Under the pieces are notes generated by a model. It searched no databases and had not been told where the DNA came from. It was given only the letters and a program-made list of their open reading frames with translations. A program made the position numbers and the translations under genes. Below are positions 12,179 to 24,776 of a DNA stretch of 64,000 nt, piece by piece. Source of the stretch: Diadema antillarum (lineage: Eukaryota); the NCBI RefSeq assembly GCF_040938485.1, contig NW_027271056.1:992001-1056000 (forward strand). Direction: 5' to 3'. Each line of letters opens with the position of its first letter. Within the stretch, counting starts at the first letter, position 1.

Positions 12179-15100
12179 GTTGGCACTTCAAAATGTGAAT
12201 GGTTCTCCAAAATATTCTCCGTCAGTTTATGAAGGGAAAATCTAATCTGGGCGAATGATGACGCACTTTTAAGTGAATGTGGCTATGACAGAGAATTCTA
12301 GCTGAAAGGGTCCAAGAAATTTGATTAAAGCGATGACTCCCAGGGAAGTGAGAATATCGCCTGAAAATTGCCGGAAGAAAGAGACGCAACCTGTATACCC
12401 GCATGAAATCCCCCCGAGGCCCCACGAAATTATTACTTTACCGTGGCATCAAACTATTTCGACGATATCATTTTGACTGTTGTAAGTGGAACTTTGCGTT
12501 TGAGTGAATAGAAGAGCACAGGAAGAATGATGAACTTTGAACCACTCAAAAGTATTATTTGTTGACATGGCAAGATGTTATTACATATCTCCTTTTGGGA
12601 CCCTACGGCGCACGGCTAATCTTGGATGGGTTCATTCGCAAATATAATGTAAGAAGTGCGAGGGATGTTTGCAGAGCCATTAAACAAAATCCAGATGAAA
12701 GCGGTATGGTTGAGCATATTGTGTGTGTTCTTTTTTTTCTCATATAAAAGTCAAACTCTACTTTGAATCCACATCTGTTTGGCAAAGAATGAACAGATGG
12801 ATCTCTGTCCTAGAAATATTGCAAGTGACTGGCTGGAAGAGTTTGGTGCTATACTATAGAGTTGCGTGAAACAGAAGCTATGCATTGCTATAATGGACAT
12901 TTCTCTAATCTGCCATCAGATATCAGTCTAACAAGTATGACAATCTAGGCGTCTGTAGAGGGTAGGAGACGGGCAGACCGCAGTACAGCTGTCTGAATCC
13001 AATACTAGTAATAATACGGAATCCTTAACCTCTTCTTCATACAGTTTCACACCGCATATTATATGCCTAACTGCGTAATATGATACATGTGATGGCTTGC
13101 AAACATATCATACTGTATGTGGTGTGGAAGAGTCATCAATTTTTTTTTTCAGCCGTGTTCTCACTATTCATGGTCCAAGCGGTTGTGATTCTATAAGTAA
13201 ACTTCTCGTGGGCTATAGCCAATGGCAGAGCTGTGTTGTGACGTCATTATTGCCGCATCTGCGTTGCATGTGTGTGACTGCGACGAACATCACCGCGATA
13301 TAGGAAAGCGTTTGAAACTTTGACATTCAGTCAAGAACTTTCAAATACCCCAGATTCTAATAAAGAGGCACGCTACGTTATTTTGGTCACAAAGTATTCA
13401 TTGAAGTCAATTTGAACAAGAAATGGAGTTCTCCCTCGACGATTGCTTGTGATTTCATCATTGCTGATGGTTTGTTTTGGGGGATGGTTATAGGCAAAGC
13501 TACTTTACGATACACGAATCTTCAACGTGTTGTTTGGTGTAAATATACTCGGCTGCTCTATCTCGGGTCACGGGCGTTTGCTTTACCGAAGTTCAAGTGT
13601 CGAAGTGCCAATCAAAGTTACTAAGCATAAACACTATGAGCTTAATCATTTTGTTACAATCCTGGGGGCTCTTTGATTGTTTGTACATGCTGCGGCAGCC
13701 TGCTAATTCGACTCATGATTAAACCACGTGCGTGACTATGGCTTTTAGGACTTCGGAGTTTCACCAATTATAATGTTTAGTGAAAGGATAATACACACTT
13801 TAGTAAAGCTGAAAATGGGGATAACATGAACCTATCTTCAAGATTTTGTGATTTCACATTAATTAAAGAATTTCGATCAAAGTGTAAGTAATTTGAGTGT
13901 CTGCAATATCCACCATGATCAAGTTGTTGTCCTTGATAGCGTATCAGGGCAAATACCCCCGCCCCCCCCCCCCCCCCCCGGCTAAATACTGGTTAGTGAT
14001 AAAGTTAGAGTAAAAATTAGGGTTAGGGTTAGGCTCAGGGTATAGAGTTTGGTTAATTGTTAGGATTAGGTTCAGGCTTAGGATTATATAGGGTTAGGGT
14101 CAGGGGAAGTGTCAGGGTGTAATTGCCCTAGACCCCTTGATAGAAAGTACCAAAATAATTTGCCTCTCCACTTGTGATGAAGACATATATTCTCATTATT
14201 TGAAGACAAACCGATCAGGTGCTGGTGGTACTTGACGTGATATCTGTAAGCAAATTTATTTTTGACCAATTAGAAGTATGTGCCAGACGATACCCAGAGT
14301 AAGCTGACCAAGGACGACCAGTCAGAAGGGCATCCATTCATAAGACAACACAAGCATTCAAATTGAACTTTATTATTGTCGGATTTCGCTCAGATTTTTG
14401 CTGATTGTGTTTGTCCATGATAATTCTTATCAGGAAGGTTTTTTTTTTTTCCGATACCAGTACTTTTGCCCTCTCTGCATCAATTTGGCGGTATAAAAAG
14501 AAGTACTGACTGAAGTACTGGAATCTGTGTGTGTTCCGTTGTTTGCCAAATTGATTGTGAATAAATATTGTAGAACACATTGCACACAACTGAATAAAAC
14601 ACCGGTGGGTGCACATGACTATCTGCCCTATATGTACGTGATGGCTGTACTGAATTCTATATAAAAAGTAAACAGTAAATCNNNNNNNNNNNNNNNNNNN
14701 NNNNNNNNNNNNNNNNNNNNNNNNNNNNNNNNNNNNNNNNNNNNNNNNNNNNNNNNNNNNNNNNNNNNNNNNNNNNNNNNNNNNNNNNNNNNNNNNNNNN
14801 NNNNNNNNNNNNNNNNNNNNNNNNNNNNNNNNNNNNNNNNNNNNNNACATAATGAATAACTCCTTCTGTTACATCAAAGCAGTCGAGACGGTTGTTTTTA
14901 TTTCACTAAAACAAGATTTTGCGTTGACCAAACAGTTTATTACAGATCGAAATTGCAATGTGACATGAAAACAATTTTGTTATATACGCTTACTGAAAAT
15001 ATCTACCACGAAAACAGATTTTGGTTTCCATCGCAATGAAGACCTGTATCCAACACTTGCTCATAAGGGAATTTTGTAAGAGTGATATTAAAGCAGATAG

Positions 15101-16648
15101 TCCCATACAACAGCATTGTTAAACAATCTTCGATCCCCATCAACGTAACAAAAAAAAAAATCAACAACAACAACAACAGCAGCCTAGCTCAGAGAACAAC
15201 ATTACTTAATAACAGTGAGAGCTAAGTAAAGGCCTACAGCATCTTTTCTGTTAGCATCTGATAAACCTTTCCCGTATTTAAACACAAAATCAATGGGGAT
15301 AGAAAAAAAAAACTGTACAATGTACTTCACATGAAGTGATGAAAACCTTGTTTCCTGTGTAGCAAAATAAACAGGCAAATTTTGACAGTTACAAGCAGAC
15401 CTACACTTCTTCATAAATCCACCATTCCTATTTGGAAAATACAATATACTGTGTTATCTAGCAATTTGAACTGAACTTGATCTTTTAATGTCTTTTGATT
15501 TTAGGGAAAGCGTCATATGCTTGAGCTTTTTTCCCCGTGTTCCTTCTATACACCCTCTGTGCACGTACACGGGTTATGCGGCGAAGTGGTCTACGTTCTG
15601 GTGACGTTGATGTGTCAAGCACGCGGATGACCCGATTCTTTTCCTTTTTTATTTATTTTTGTGCACAGGGCTTAAACTACCAGAAAAATAATGGTTCAGC
15701 ATCAGAAAAGAAGCCTAAGATTACTGTTTCGTGTGCTCTTACCTGGATTTTATATGCACATCCTGCTTCTAAGTCCAGAACTGCGAAATTGATCACAAAA
15801 GTACGCTGCGATGGACATTAATGGAGCGATGTCTTTTCAAAATCTCTACATTTCACCTGTTTAATGATATTTGATTGTACTTTAATACAATACACATAAA
15901 TATTGGCATCTTTTTCAATTTACTAGTCTGTGTTTTTATCATATTTATTCTTCAACCCATTTAGGACAGGCTGATTTTGCTACAACACGCATTTCCCATC
16001 ACGTGCAAAAGTATACTCGCTACTAGTCTTCAACGGGTTAAATGTGGATACACGCCAACATGCATGAGTGTCACACAGACTATAGATACAAGCTAATACT
16101 ACCCACAATGATTACACTGAACTCTTTAGAAATGCACAACGCGTACAAGTTTTGCAGACCAAACAATAAGTATACAAGTTGCTAATATGTTTCAATGAAT
16201 GTAACAGATAAAATACACTTTTGTACATGAATCTATAAATATCAAGACCAGAATTGATCTTATCAACACCACAATAGTCGGTCGCTCCCACAGTTCTTAA
16301 ACCCATTGGATTGTTGTTGTTCAGAGAGCGTTAAGGTGTAACACCTGTCAGGTCCATGTTATACAAACTTGCTCAATAAGACTGATAGAATGAGAGAATG
16401 AATATATTTCATAATTGTGTTCTCTTGAGTTTAAAAGTAGGAGGAAATCTAATCTTCAGCGAACAATTCTGTCACCCATTCAAATGCATTAATATGCAAG
16501 TTTTGAAAATGCTGCTTTGTGAATTAATGATCTGCAGATAGTGCATACAAGATTTGAAGATATTATCAATCTGGCTCCTGAACTTTGTGTTGAGATCAGG
16601 ATAAAAATAAGACGATCTATATACTGTCTATACAGTGCGTATCAAGAC

Positions 16649-16889
16649 AAAGGTAATCCAACCTTGGACGGCTACCATTTCATAATTGTCAGCTATCGAG
16701 AGTGCAATTTTGATTGTGAGGAGAGAAGAACTCTTCTTTCAAACTTGGAAAAGTGCAATTTGTCATTGTTGTCTTTAAAGTTCATGTGCTCACTCATGCA
16801 TGACATTTGTCAACATAATCACAGGCAACATTTTGCTCTCTATAGCTAACAAGTATGAAATAGTAGCCGTCCAAAGTTGGATTACCTTT
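16649..16889. repeat. ~50-bp imperfect inverted repeat pair (probable MITE)
   Basis: AAAGGTAATCCAACCTTGGACGGCTACCATTTCATAATTGTCAGCTATCGAGAG at 16649-16702 is mirrored at 16836-16889. Confidence 0.6.
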
Positions 16890-18725
16890 TTTTATACGCT
16901 CTTTATTTTCAGGTATGTTAGATCTTTCACACCCCATTCGTATCAAATTGGCATTATTCTCCCCAGAATAATATGTGCGATTCACAGAATGATGTAAAAT
17001 ATGATTCTAAATTCAATACATCTCACTTTACACTCACTTCGGTATTATACCTGAAACTTCTAACCTATACACAAATCACCATTATACAAGTATTTCGTCA
17101 GGATAACTCCGGTTGCTTTTTCATTGATAGAAACAGAAATAGCCAGCATCAAAAAATGGATGACACTGAATTTGTAAAACTATTACACATTTATCTTTAG
17201 AAGTAAAGATATGACATCAATATTGAATAAAAAAGTTTGTCCCCTTAATTGAAAATTGTGGTGGTTATCGCTGGAGCGTCGGCGTGTTGTGGGGGAGGTC
17301 CCTGGAATCTTAATCAGAAGAACCATGGTTCAGTATACGTACAGCAATGGATAGACTGTAAAGACCACTAAGATTCTTTTGACTCAGGTCGAAAATAGGT
17401 GTAGCTGCCAAAGCCGATATTATAACAATAACAATTTATACTTCTCTTGCAAAACACTTTGATTGAATAAGATCAGAATTCACCGCAAATAACTAGTATG
17501 GATATTTGTAATGGAAATGATGGATGGAAGAAATGAGATCTGCAAGACGGGTAAATAGTAATGACCGGGCAGCTTCAAAATCTCATATGATTCGTTGTTT
17601 AATGAAAATGTTTATTTTCTTTATGACTTGCGATACTCCTGAGGTTTCTCTTATACTATAAGGTTCTCTCTTGGCAGGCACTGAAACATAGCAAATACGA
17701 GACGAGTTTATAGAGCTGATCGAACTTTAGACCTAGCATTGTTAAAGAGTGACCTTTCGACGGCCTTTCTTTGGGTGAAGTGCGATGGACCCTTTTCCGA
17801 TGAGACGCCATGAATCGAGGACAGCTTTCTTGGTCAAAGGATCACACCGTCCCCCACAATTTCTAGCTCTCTCCACAGCGCCGAGTGAGGTCGTCCTTTT
17901 TGAAGTAGAACTGATTACAATCGACCTGCCAGGTGTTTCAGTTTGCTTCAATGTGCTTCAATCTACAAGCGATTGTAGTTTCCTTTCTATTTTTGACAGG
18001 CTGCATGATAATACTGCCCTCAGCAACGCGCAACCCAACAAGCCGATGTTCTATGTTCTACTCGAGCCATTGGATGTGTAAAGTCTGGACGTCCTTGAAT
18101 ATTAGCATCCCTAACATAACTGCCGTAGTAAGTGATTGTGGTCCGGTTAAGGATTGATTGATTGATTGATTTGATTTTGATTGATTTGATTTGAATTTAT
18201 TTCCACTTTGAGTACACGAAAGTACGAAACAAACATAACCGAGTTACTATGATTATTACAAGTCGTATACTGTAATATTATGTTCATTTGTATACAAAAA
18301 TAATCGAAACAATACATCAGTAGCAACACTTGCAGTCGTAAGAACCAAAGTGGGGGAGCCTAAATCAAATGCATAGCTTGTATTACTTAGGGCCCGCCCC
18401 CCCCCCCCCCAAAAAAAAAAAAAAAAAAAAAACGAATAAAAAATCTCATCATAATGAGACACATTAACAATAAACAGAATATATACATTGTACCGGAATG
18501 GCATAAAGAACCACAGCAATAACTAAAAATGAGAGAATAAGATAGGGGCGTGGCACGTGTAGCAACTGATTCATAGTCTGCATTTCTGTGAGTAATGATG
18601 ATAATCGCGGCTTTTCAAGTTGGAACACTTTGTGATCAATGTGCTTCATGTACTTTTGCTGATTGTACCATCCGGCCGTTAAAAAAGGACTGTTCTCGTA
18701 GTGTCTTGTTCGTGGCTGAATGTTT

Positions 18726-20216
18726 TCAAACATGTACCTCCAGTTCTCCGCCAGAAGCTTTTTGATACGGATAGGAAGTCGCCTTGATTCCTCGTCTTCG
18801 TCTCCGCCCTCCTTGCCTGCAAAAATTGGACCAAAAAAAAAAAAAAAAAAAAGATTTTAGTGAGAAAGATGCAGCATCAAAATAACAAGTTTGTCTCACT
18901 CTAATATATTCGGGTTTTTTTCCTGTATCAACATTGACTATATCACACACGTATTACATTGAAAGTACACAACATTGCTGTAAGTGAATACATTTACACA
19001 CTCAAAGATGTACCAAGGAATGTTATCTTTATATAAATGCTATCTTATACGTAGTGTATGTCTACATTGTAGCGATAGAATTAACTATCTAGTGCTCTGC
19101 TTCCAATAAGCATGCAATATCTCTTACGTTCCTGTGTTCTGATTCTAAAATTATCTACGTTAAACCTAATACCAAATTAGACAAGGTTTACGGACAAGCA
19201 TCTTCCGAGGGTTTGTAGGGTAACCGATACAAAGACGTACCAGCCAATGTTCTCGGCATCGTGCAGGGTCTCTGGAATATTCTTCCCCTGAGTCTCCGGG
19301 AGAAAGAATGCCGCGGCACCTGCTAGGATTGACACAGACCCAAAGATGAGAAGAGGAAGCGGTACCCAGACCTTACCCAGTCGGAGGAACTGTGGACACA
19401 GGATGTTGGCCAGGTTGGAGAAGAAGTTGGTGGTCCCTATCGCTGTGTTCCTGATAAAGACCAAACGATACGGTTACTATGGCAACGATCAGTCTGTTAT
19501 AGCTTATAACATTGGTTCTGATAACATTCTTATTGACATAATATCAAGGTTAATTATATTGGCAGTGTAAAATAAAGTTTTATTCGAGACCTTTAGCGTG
19601 AGAAAATATTATAAAGACTCCATGAGTAATATGAAAACAATTTGCCGTAATTATATAAAAAATGAACATTAAATCGTTTTGTGACTCCTAGAGGTAAGCT
19701 TCTAGAACCCTGTCATCTCATTCAATAACTAAAAACAAAACGAGCTTGTGAAACACCTCACTTCCTTGATACCCAATCTTTGCAAATTCACTCCACCGTG
19801 AGCGGATACACCGGGTAGAGCCGCATACCTGACTGTTGTCGGAAAGATTTCTGCTGCTTGTAGATAGATGATACAAAATGACGCAGTGATGGCAAACTTT
19901 CCCAGCATAGCAACGGTAGCTCGCCCAATACCGTATGCTGCGACATCCACATGCAAAAAAAAAAATAGAAAGATCATTATGATAAATAATACATCTTGAT
20001 ACTGAGACTTTCATCATCATTTACATGAAGAACAAAACAGAAAAGCCCTAAACATGCCGAGTATCAGGTATCATGGACGTCGTATATATCTGTCCGATAG
20101 GCATTAATCTAATGAAAATTCAATTTCACCTTAAAAAAAAGAAAGGTGAGAGAAAAACATAACCCATCTACAAAATGAAATTACTTTCCTCTACGAAACT
20201 AAGGCACATGCACATA

Positions 20217-20263
<47 letters not shown>

Positions 20264-23200
20264 CAACATGCACAACCGCTATCAACCAAATCGGATAACA
20301 CAAGACAAGCTAAGGATGTGCGCGCAACCCAAGATACTTACGGATAAATATAGTGGCTATGATCGAGAGGCCACTCGTGAACATAAAAAACATGTAGGTG
20401 GGTCGTCTGCCCCAGTATTCGATAGGATAGATCACGCCACAGGAGGCGGGAATCTCCACTACTCCAGATATGGCAAAAGCGATGTATTTGTTCACACCGA
20501 GAGTGTCCGTGCTGAGCGATAATCCGAAGTAAACGATTGTGTTGACGATGCTACGGGATGTTAATCAGAAACCCGGAAAGAACAAACGTAATGATTTACA
20601 AATGTAATGATTTATAACAACAGGAATGAAACCTCTAGAATGGATGTATGGTCATTTGGTCTGTGTATTGTATTACTCTGTTAATCACACCTTGAACCCG
20701 GCGCCAAAGAGGCAAAGGATTACACTCACAAGGGTGCCATCATCTCAAGTTTGCCGATGTAATCATCCAAGAGACCAAGTCATGTTAGTCAGACAGTCAT
20801 GACAAGAAGCGCCCTCTCAATGTTAGCTGTATAATCGTTTCTTCTGCACTCATAGCATCAGAACATATACGACACAGGGTATAGTATAGAAAATCACATT
20901 ATGTGTGTGTAAGTGGCATGTTTGTAGAATATGTGTATATACATGCATCATCATGTATGTATATGTATGTGTGTGTATGTTTATGTATGCATGCATGTGC
21001 ATATTGAAGGATCTTATTCAAAAGACTGTCAAAAGAGAAATCGCCTTGGCAGTGATGTCTCTGTAGACGATTTGAAAAGTCGATTATGAAATAACTGCTG
21101 TGTTGTTGCATCAACATCAGGTAGGGCTAAACAAGACGTGATGGAAATGGACAGACAAAAATGTAACGTTGAGGAACCCAAATATAACCAACTTACATTT
21201 GAAAAACAATGTTGAGCGAGTACAGTCTTAAACGTGGCATGCGTAGTAAATCGAAAAGTCCCTCTTGCAACTTGACCTCATCTCCCTGCAGGTAAATAAA
21301 AATAAAAGGCAAGTAAAGGCACGTTCTTTGCATTGTCAACACAACAGTGAAATCATTGGGTTAAAACGCTATCACAAGCCATACCAACAAAAGGCTGTGA
21401 AAATTAAAGTAACAAAGAATATAGAATAAAGAAAACAAAAGGAAAGAAAGTCATTGTCGGGGGGGGGGGGGGGTGCGCGCTCAAACTTCCTAATTGACCG
21501 GCTTATCAACCGTCACGTGATCAAGGTAAAGAAGGGTCAGTCTGCTGATGAAGGCTGTACATAGCGTCGACAAATTCCGGAAATTAAGTAGTGTGCATTA
21601 GGATCAAAGTTACTGTATAACACCAATCTTAGATATGAAAATTTTTAATAATCATGTGACTGGGACCACGGAATGTAAATAGTTCCCCTGGTTATTTGGT
21701 TGGTTTGTTTGTTTGTTTGTTGGTTGGTTGGTTGGCTCAATGGTCAATGCTCCCTACCCCCGTCTCCCATCCCCTCTCCGATCTAGTGCTCAAAGCGCTG
21801 ACTGAAATCTTTACGATGCTTTATGAGGAGAGTTGGAAGTTTCTTGGTTTCAGCCAGAAAATGAACACACTCGACATCTTATCAAAACTTCTCGCCAAGT
21901 ATATCATCCACTAAAAAACAGCAATAACAAATGATGATATTGAAGAAACTCACCGATTCAGGTACTATATCGCACATCGTGAAGCTTTCGCTTAGTTTCC
22001 TTTTGTTGCACTTGGCTAACCGTTGCATTATTTTTCGGGCTTCAGGTTCGCGCCCTTTTGACACCAACCATCTGGCGGATTCCGGAATGATACTTGAAAA
22101 ATCACAGACAGAAGCACAGAGAAGAAACTCACAAACTTTCCTAAAATATCTTATGTGAGCCAGCTGACAGGGGAATTCACCCAGAATGTATGGATTTATT
22201 GACAGTATAGCAATTAAAAAAATCGAGTATGTACATTCAAAACTTATGAACAGTTATCAGTTTTGCTTAAATCCATCATCTCTTCATAAGAAGACTTCAA
22301 CCATTTCTGACGTTTCAGTAGGGCCAGATATAAAAGATATATAAAGAGAATTCAACATATTACGTAATATATTAACTTGTAGCTATTAGCATAACGAAAA
22401 AGAACTTGAATACTTCGTTCAGAAGTCAGGGGGAATGATATTACTCTGATCATAATTTCGAAATAATTCATATGCTATTTTCACCGAAATAAAATAATGT
22501 TGACATCATTTACTAATTACAGTCTTCTTATTACAATAGTGGGACCAAAACTTTACAAAATATCAGATTTTCCACAAACTCCACTAATGTGCATTACTAC
22601 TATTGCTGCATTCACCCGATCCATATTATATTTATCTTAAATTCAAGGGGCGTGCTTTCAATGTGAATGTGAGAGAAAATGGTTTTACATAAAATATTAA
22701 TGTTATGTTATTTTGAAATCCCATTTTAAAGATTCTGAAAGCATGTTTGTCCTCCTCCCCCTTCTTTTTACACCAAATTGTCAGAATCATTGGTAATATG
22801 AAGGGGCATGAAGTTTGTCCTACCAGAAAAACAGGAGGAGAACAAATGGTACCACGGATATGACCAGATATAGCTTCCTCCAGTATCTGATGTAGTAAGC
22901 AATGAAGGCCAATGACATGTATCCCATGGAAAAGACCATCCAAATCACGTTTCCCGCCACATTACGCTTGGACGGTCCGACGAATTCATTGGCTGTCAGA
23001 GATGGAAAAGTCGCAAGAGGTGCATTAACATCTTTGAATAGTGTCATTCTACCCGGTCACCCATGTAGGGCCTACTTATACTTGACATAAAAATTCAACC
23101 ATGATATAAAGATTTCCGATATTGAGAAAGAATGGAAGCTTTGTTACATCCGCAATCACTTATGAATCTACTCATAAAATGATAAATCTTGGGCTACAAT

Positions 23201-24727
23201 ACATAGCATGAGTAGGCACTGGTTCCCTCGTCTGTAATTTAGATTTAAGTCTTATACTAACGATGAAAATTGCCTTCCAAAGTGCTCGCTCCGGGTTTAT
23301 TTTATTCGCCTAAGTACCTACTGCATATCCTCTTTGGTCAGATCAATTTCTCTCGATATTGATCTTAACCTAACATATGGTTATATGTCTTCATTGCCCC
23401 CCCCCCCAAAAAAAAACAAAACAAAACAAAACAAAAAAAAAAACAAAAAACACACACACACACAAACAAACAAACAACACCAACAACAACAATCTTTGTG
23501 AATCAGTAACAGGCTTGTCATGAAGATAAACATCCTGTAAGGACCAATGACGTGAGTTCGGTACGCTTTAGAAGCATTGTTCTGTAAAAGCAACACTTAC
23601 CGAGAACAAAGGCAGAAGACATGACTCCCATGACGGACGCTCCCGCCACAACTCTGAAGATCAAGAACATCCACATGCCCGTCGAAAATGACACCGCCAC
23701 ACCCGCTGCCGCGTGTGCGACCAGACACAGGAATAGGCTGCGATGGCGACCGATTCTTGGGAAAGCGGAACCAAACAAAAATGAAAATCTTCGAGCTTTT
23801 GCAATATTTTCTTCTTCTGCCTCTGTTTCTCCTGCTTGAACTGTTATACAGCAACTTTATCCCACTGCTTCTCATGCTGATCAAAATGTCTTATGCAAAA
23901 GCATCTAAATTTACTGACGTCAATATCCGAAACAATAATCTGTCATTACTGCAACCACTAGCTCGGCTTTACGTTGTATCTTCAACACCTTAATTTTCTC
24001 CACCCGATTGGTTAACTGCAGTCTTGGAAAACGCATCCTAAACTTGTTCCTTGGTCCTTCTTCATCGTATTCACATTGTGGTACCATGATTGTCGTTGTC
24101 GTAATATTTAGGCTTTGGCTTGGACCATGCCCGCCACGGTAATGTACAAAACAATAATTTGAGGAGTGATTTATTATATTATATTACATGTAATATCATA
24201 TGTAATTTCGCATCCGGTGAAAAAAAAAACACGCATCATTGAAATCTGCTCTGCCTCCTCAGGAAAAAGGTCTCCTTTCTCATCTCGTGTTAAATCGTTT
24301 ACACAGCAAAACTGATAATCACACTAATTGGACTATATTACGTTATTTGATCATATGTTTTTTTCTTATATTATTTTGACCATTATATAAAAAAGACTTT
24401 TAAGTGAATGTGTATGACTTCTCCTTTTATTTCAAGGTTGAGAGAAAAGTCCTCTTCAGTACCTGAGTTATACTATGTTATATTTGCAGAACAGATATCA
24501 AACAGTTCTCACCTCATTGGCATACATTCTGTACTTTTGATATTTGCGATGATATACTCTCACCTATCTGCCATTATTCCACATAGCACAGCACCAATAG
24601 CATTGCCGGCAAAGTACAGGGATTGAGAGAGCGGTTCCAAATACTCACTTCCACACACCAGGTCAAACTGAATTGCAGAAAAGAGAGGATTTCAACTGTG
24701 AAATATATCTATAAGAATAATATATAT

Positions 24728-24776
<49 letters not shown>

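Noticed and set aside
13097-13624. IHGPSGC (P-loop-like) and CDFIIADGLFWG (UGT-like) strings
   Set aside because: Single short matches lacking the key residues (no GKS/T), with no splice-consistent continuation.
17742-18157. GC-richer island with ORFs on both strands
   Set aside because: No recognisable motif or splice-consistent partner exons; it may be SLC22-B 3' UTR or a decayed repeat.
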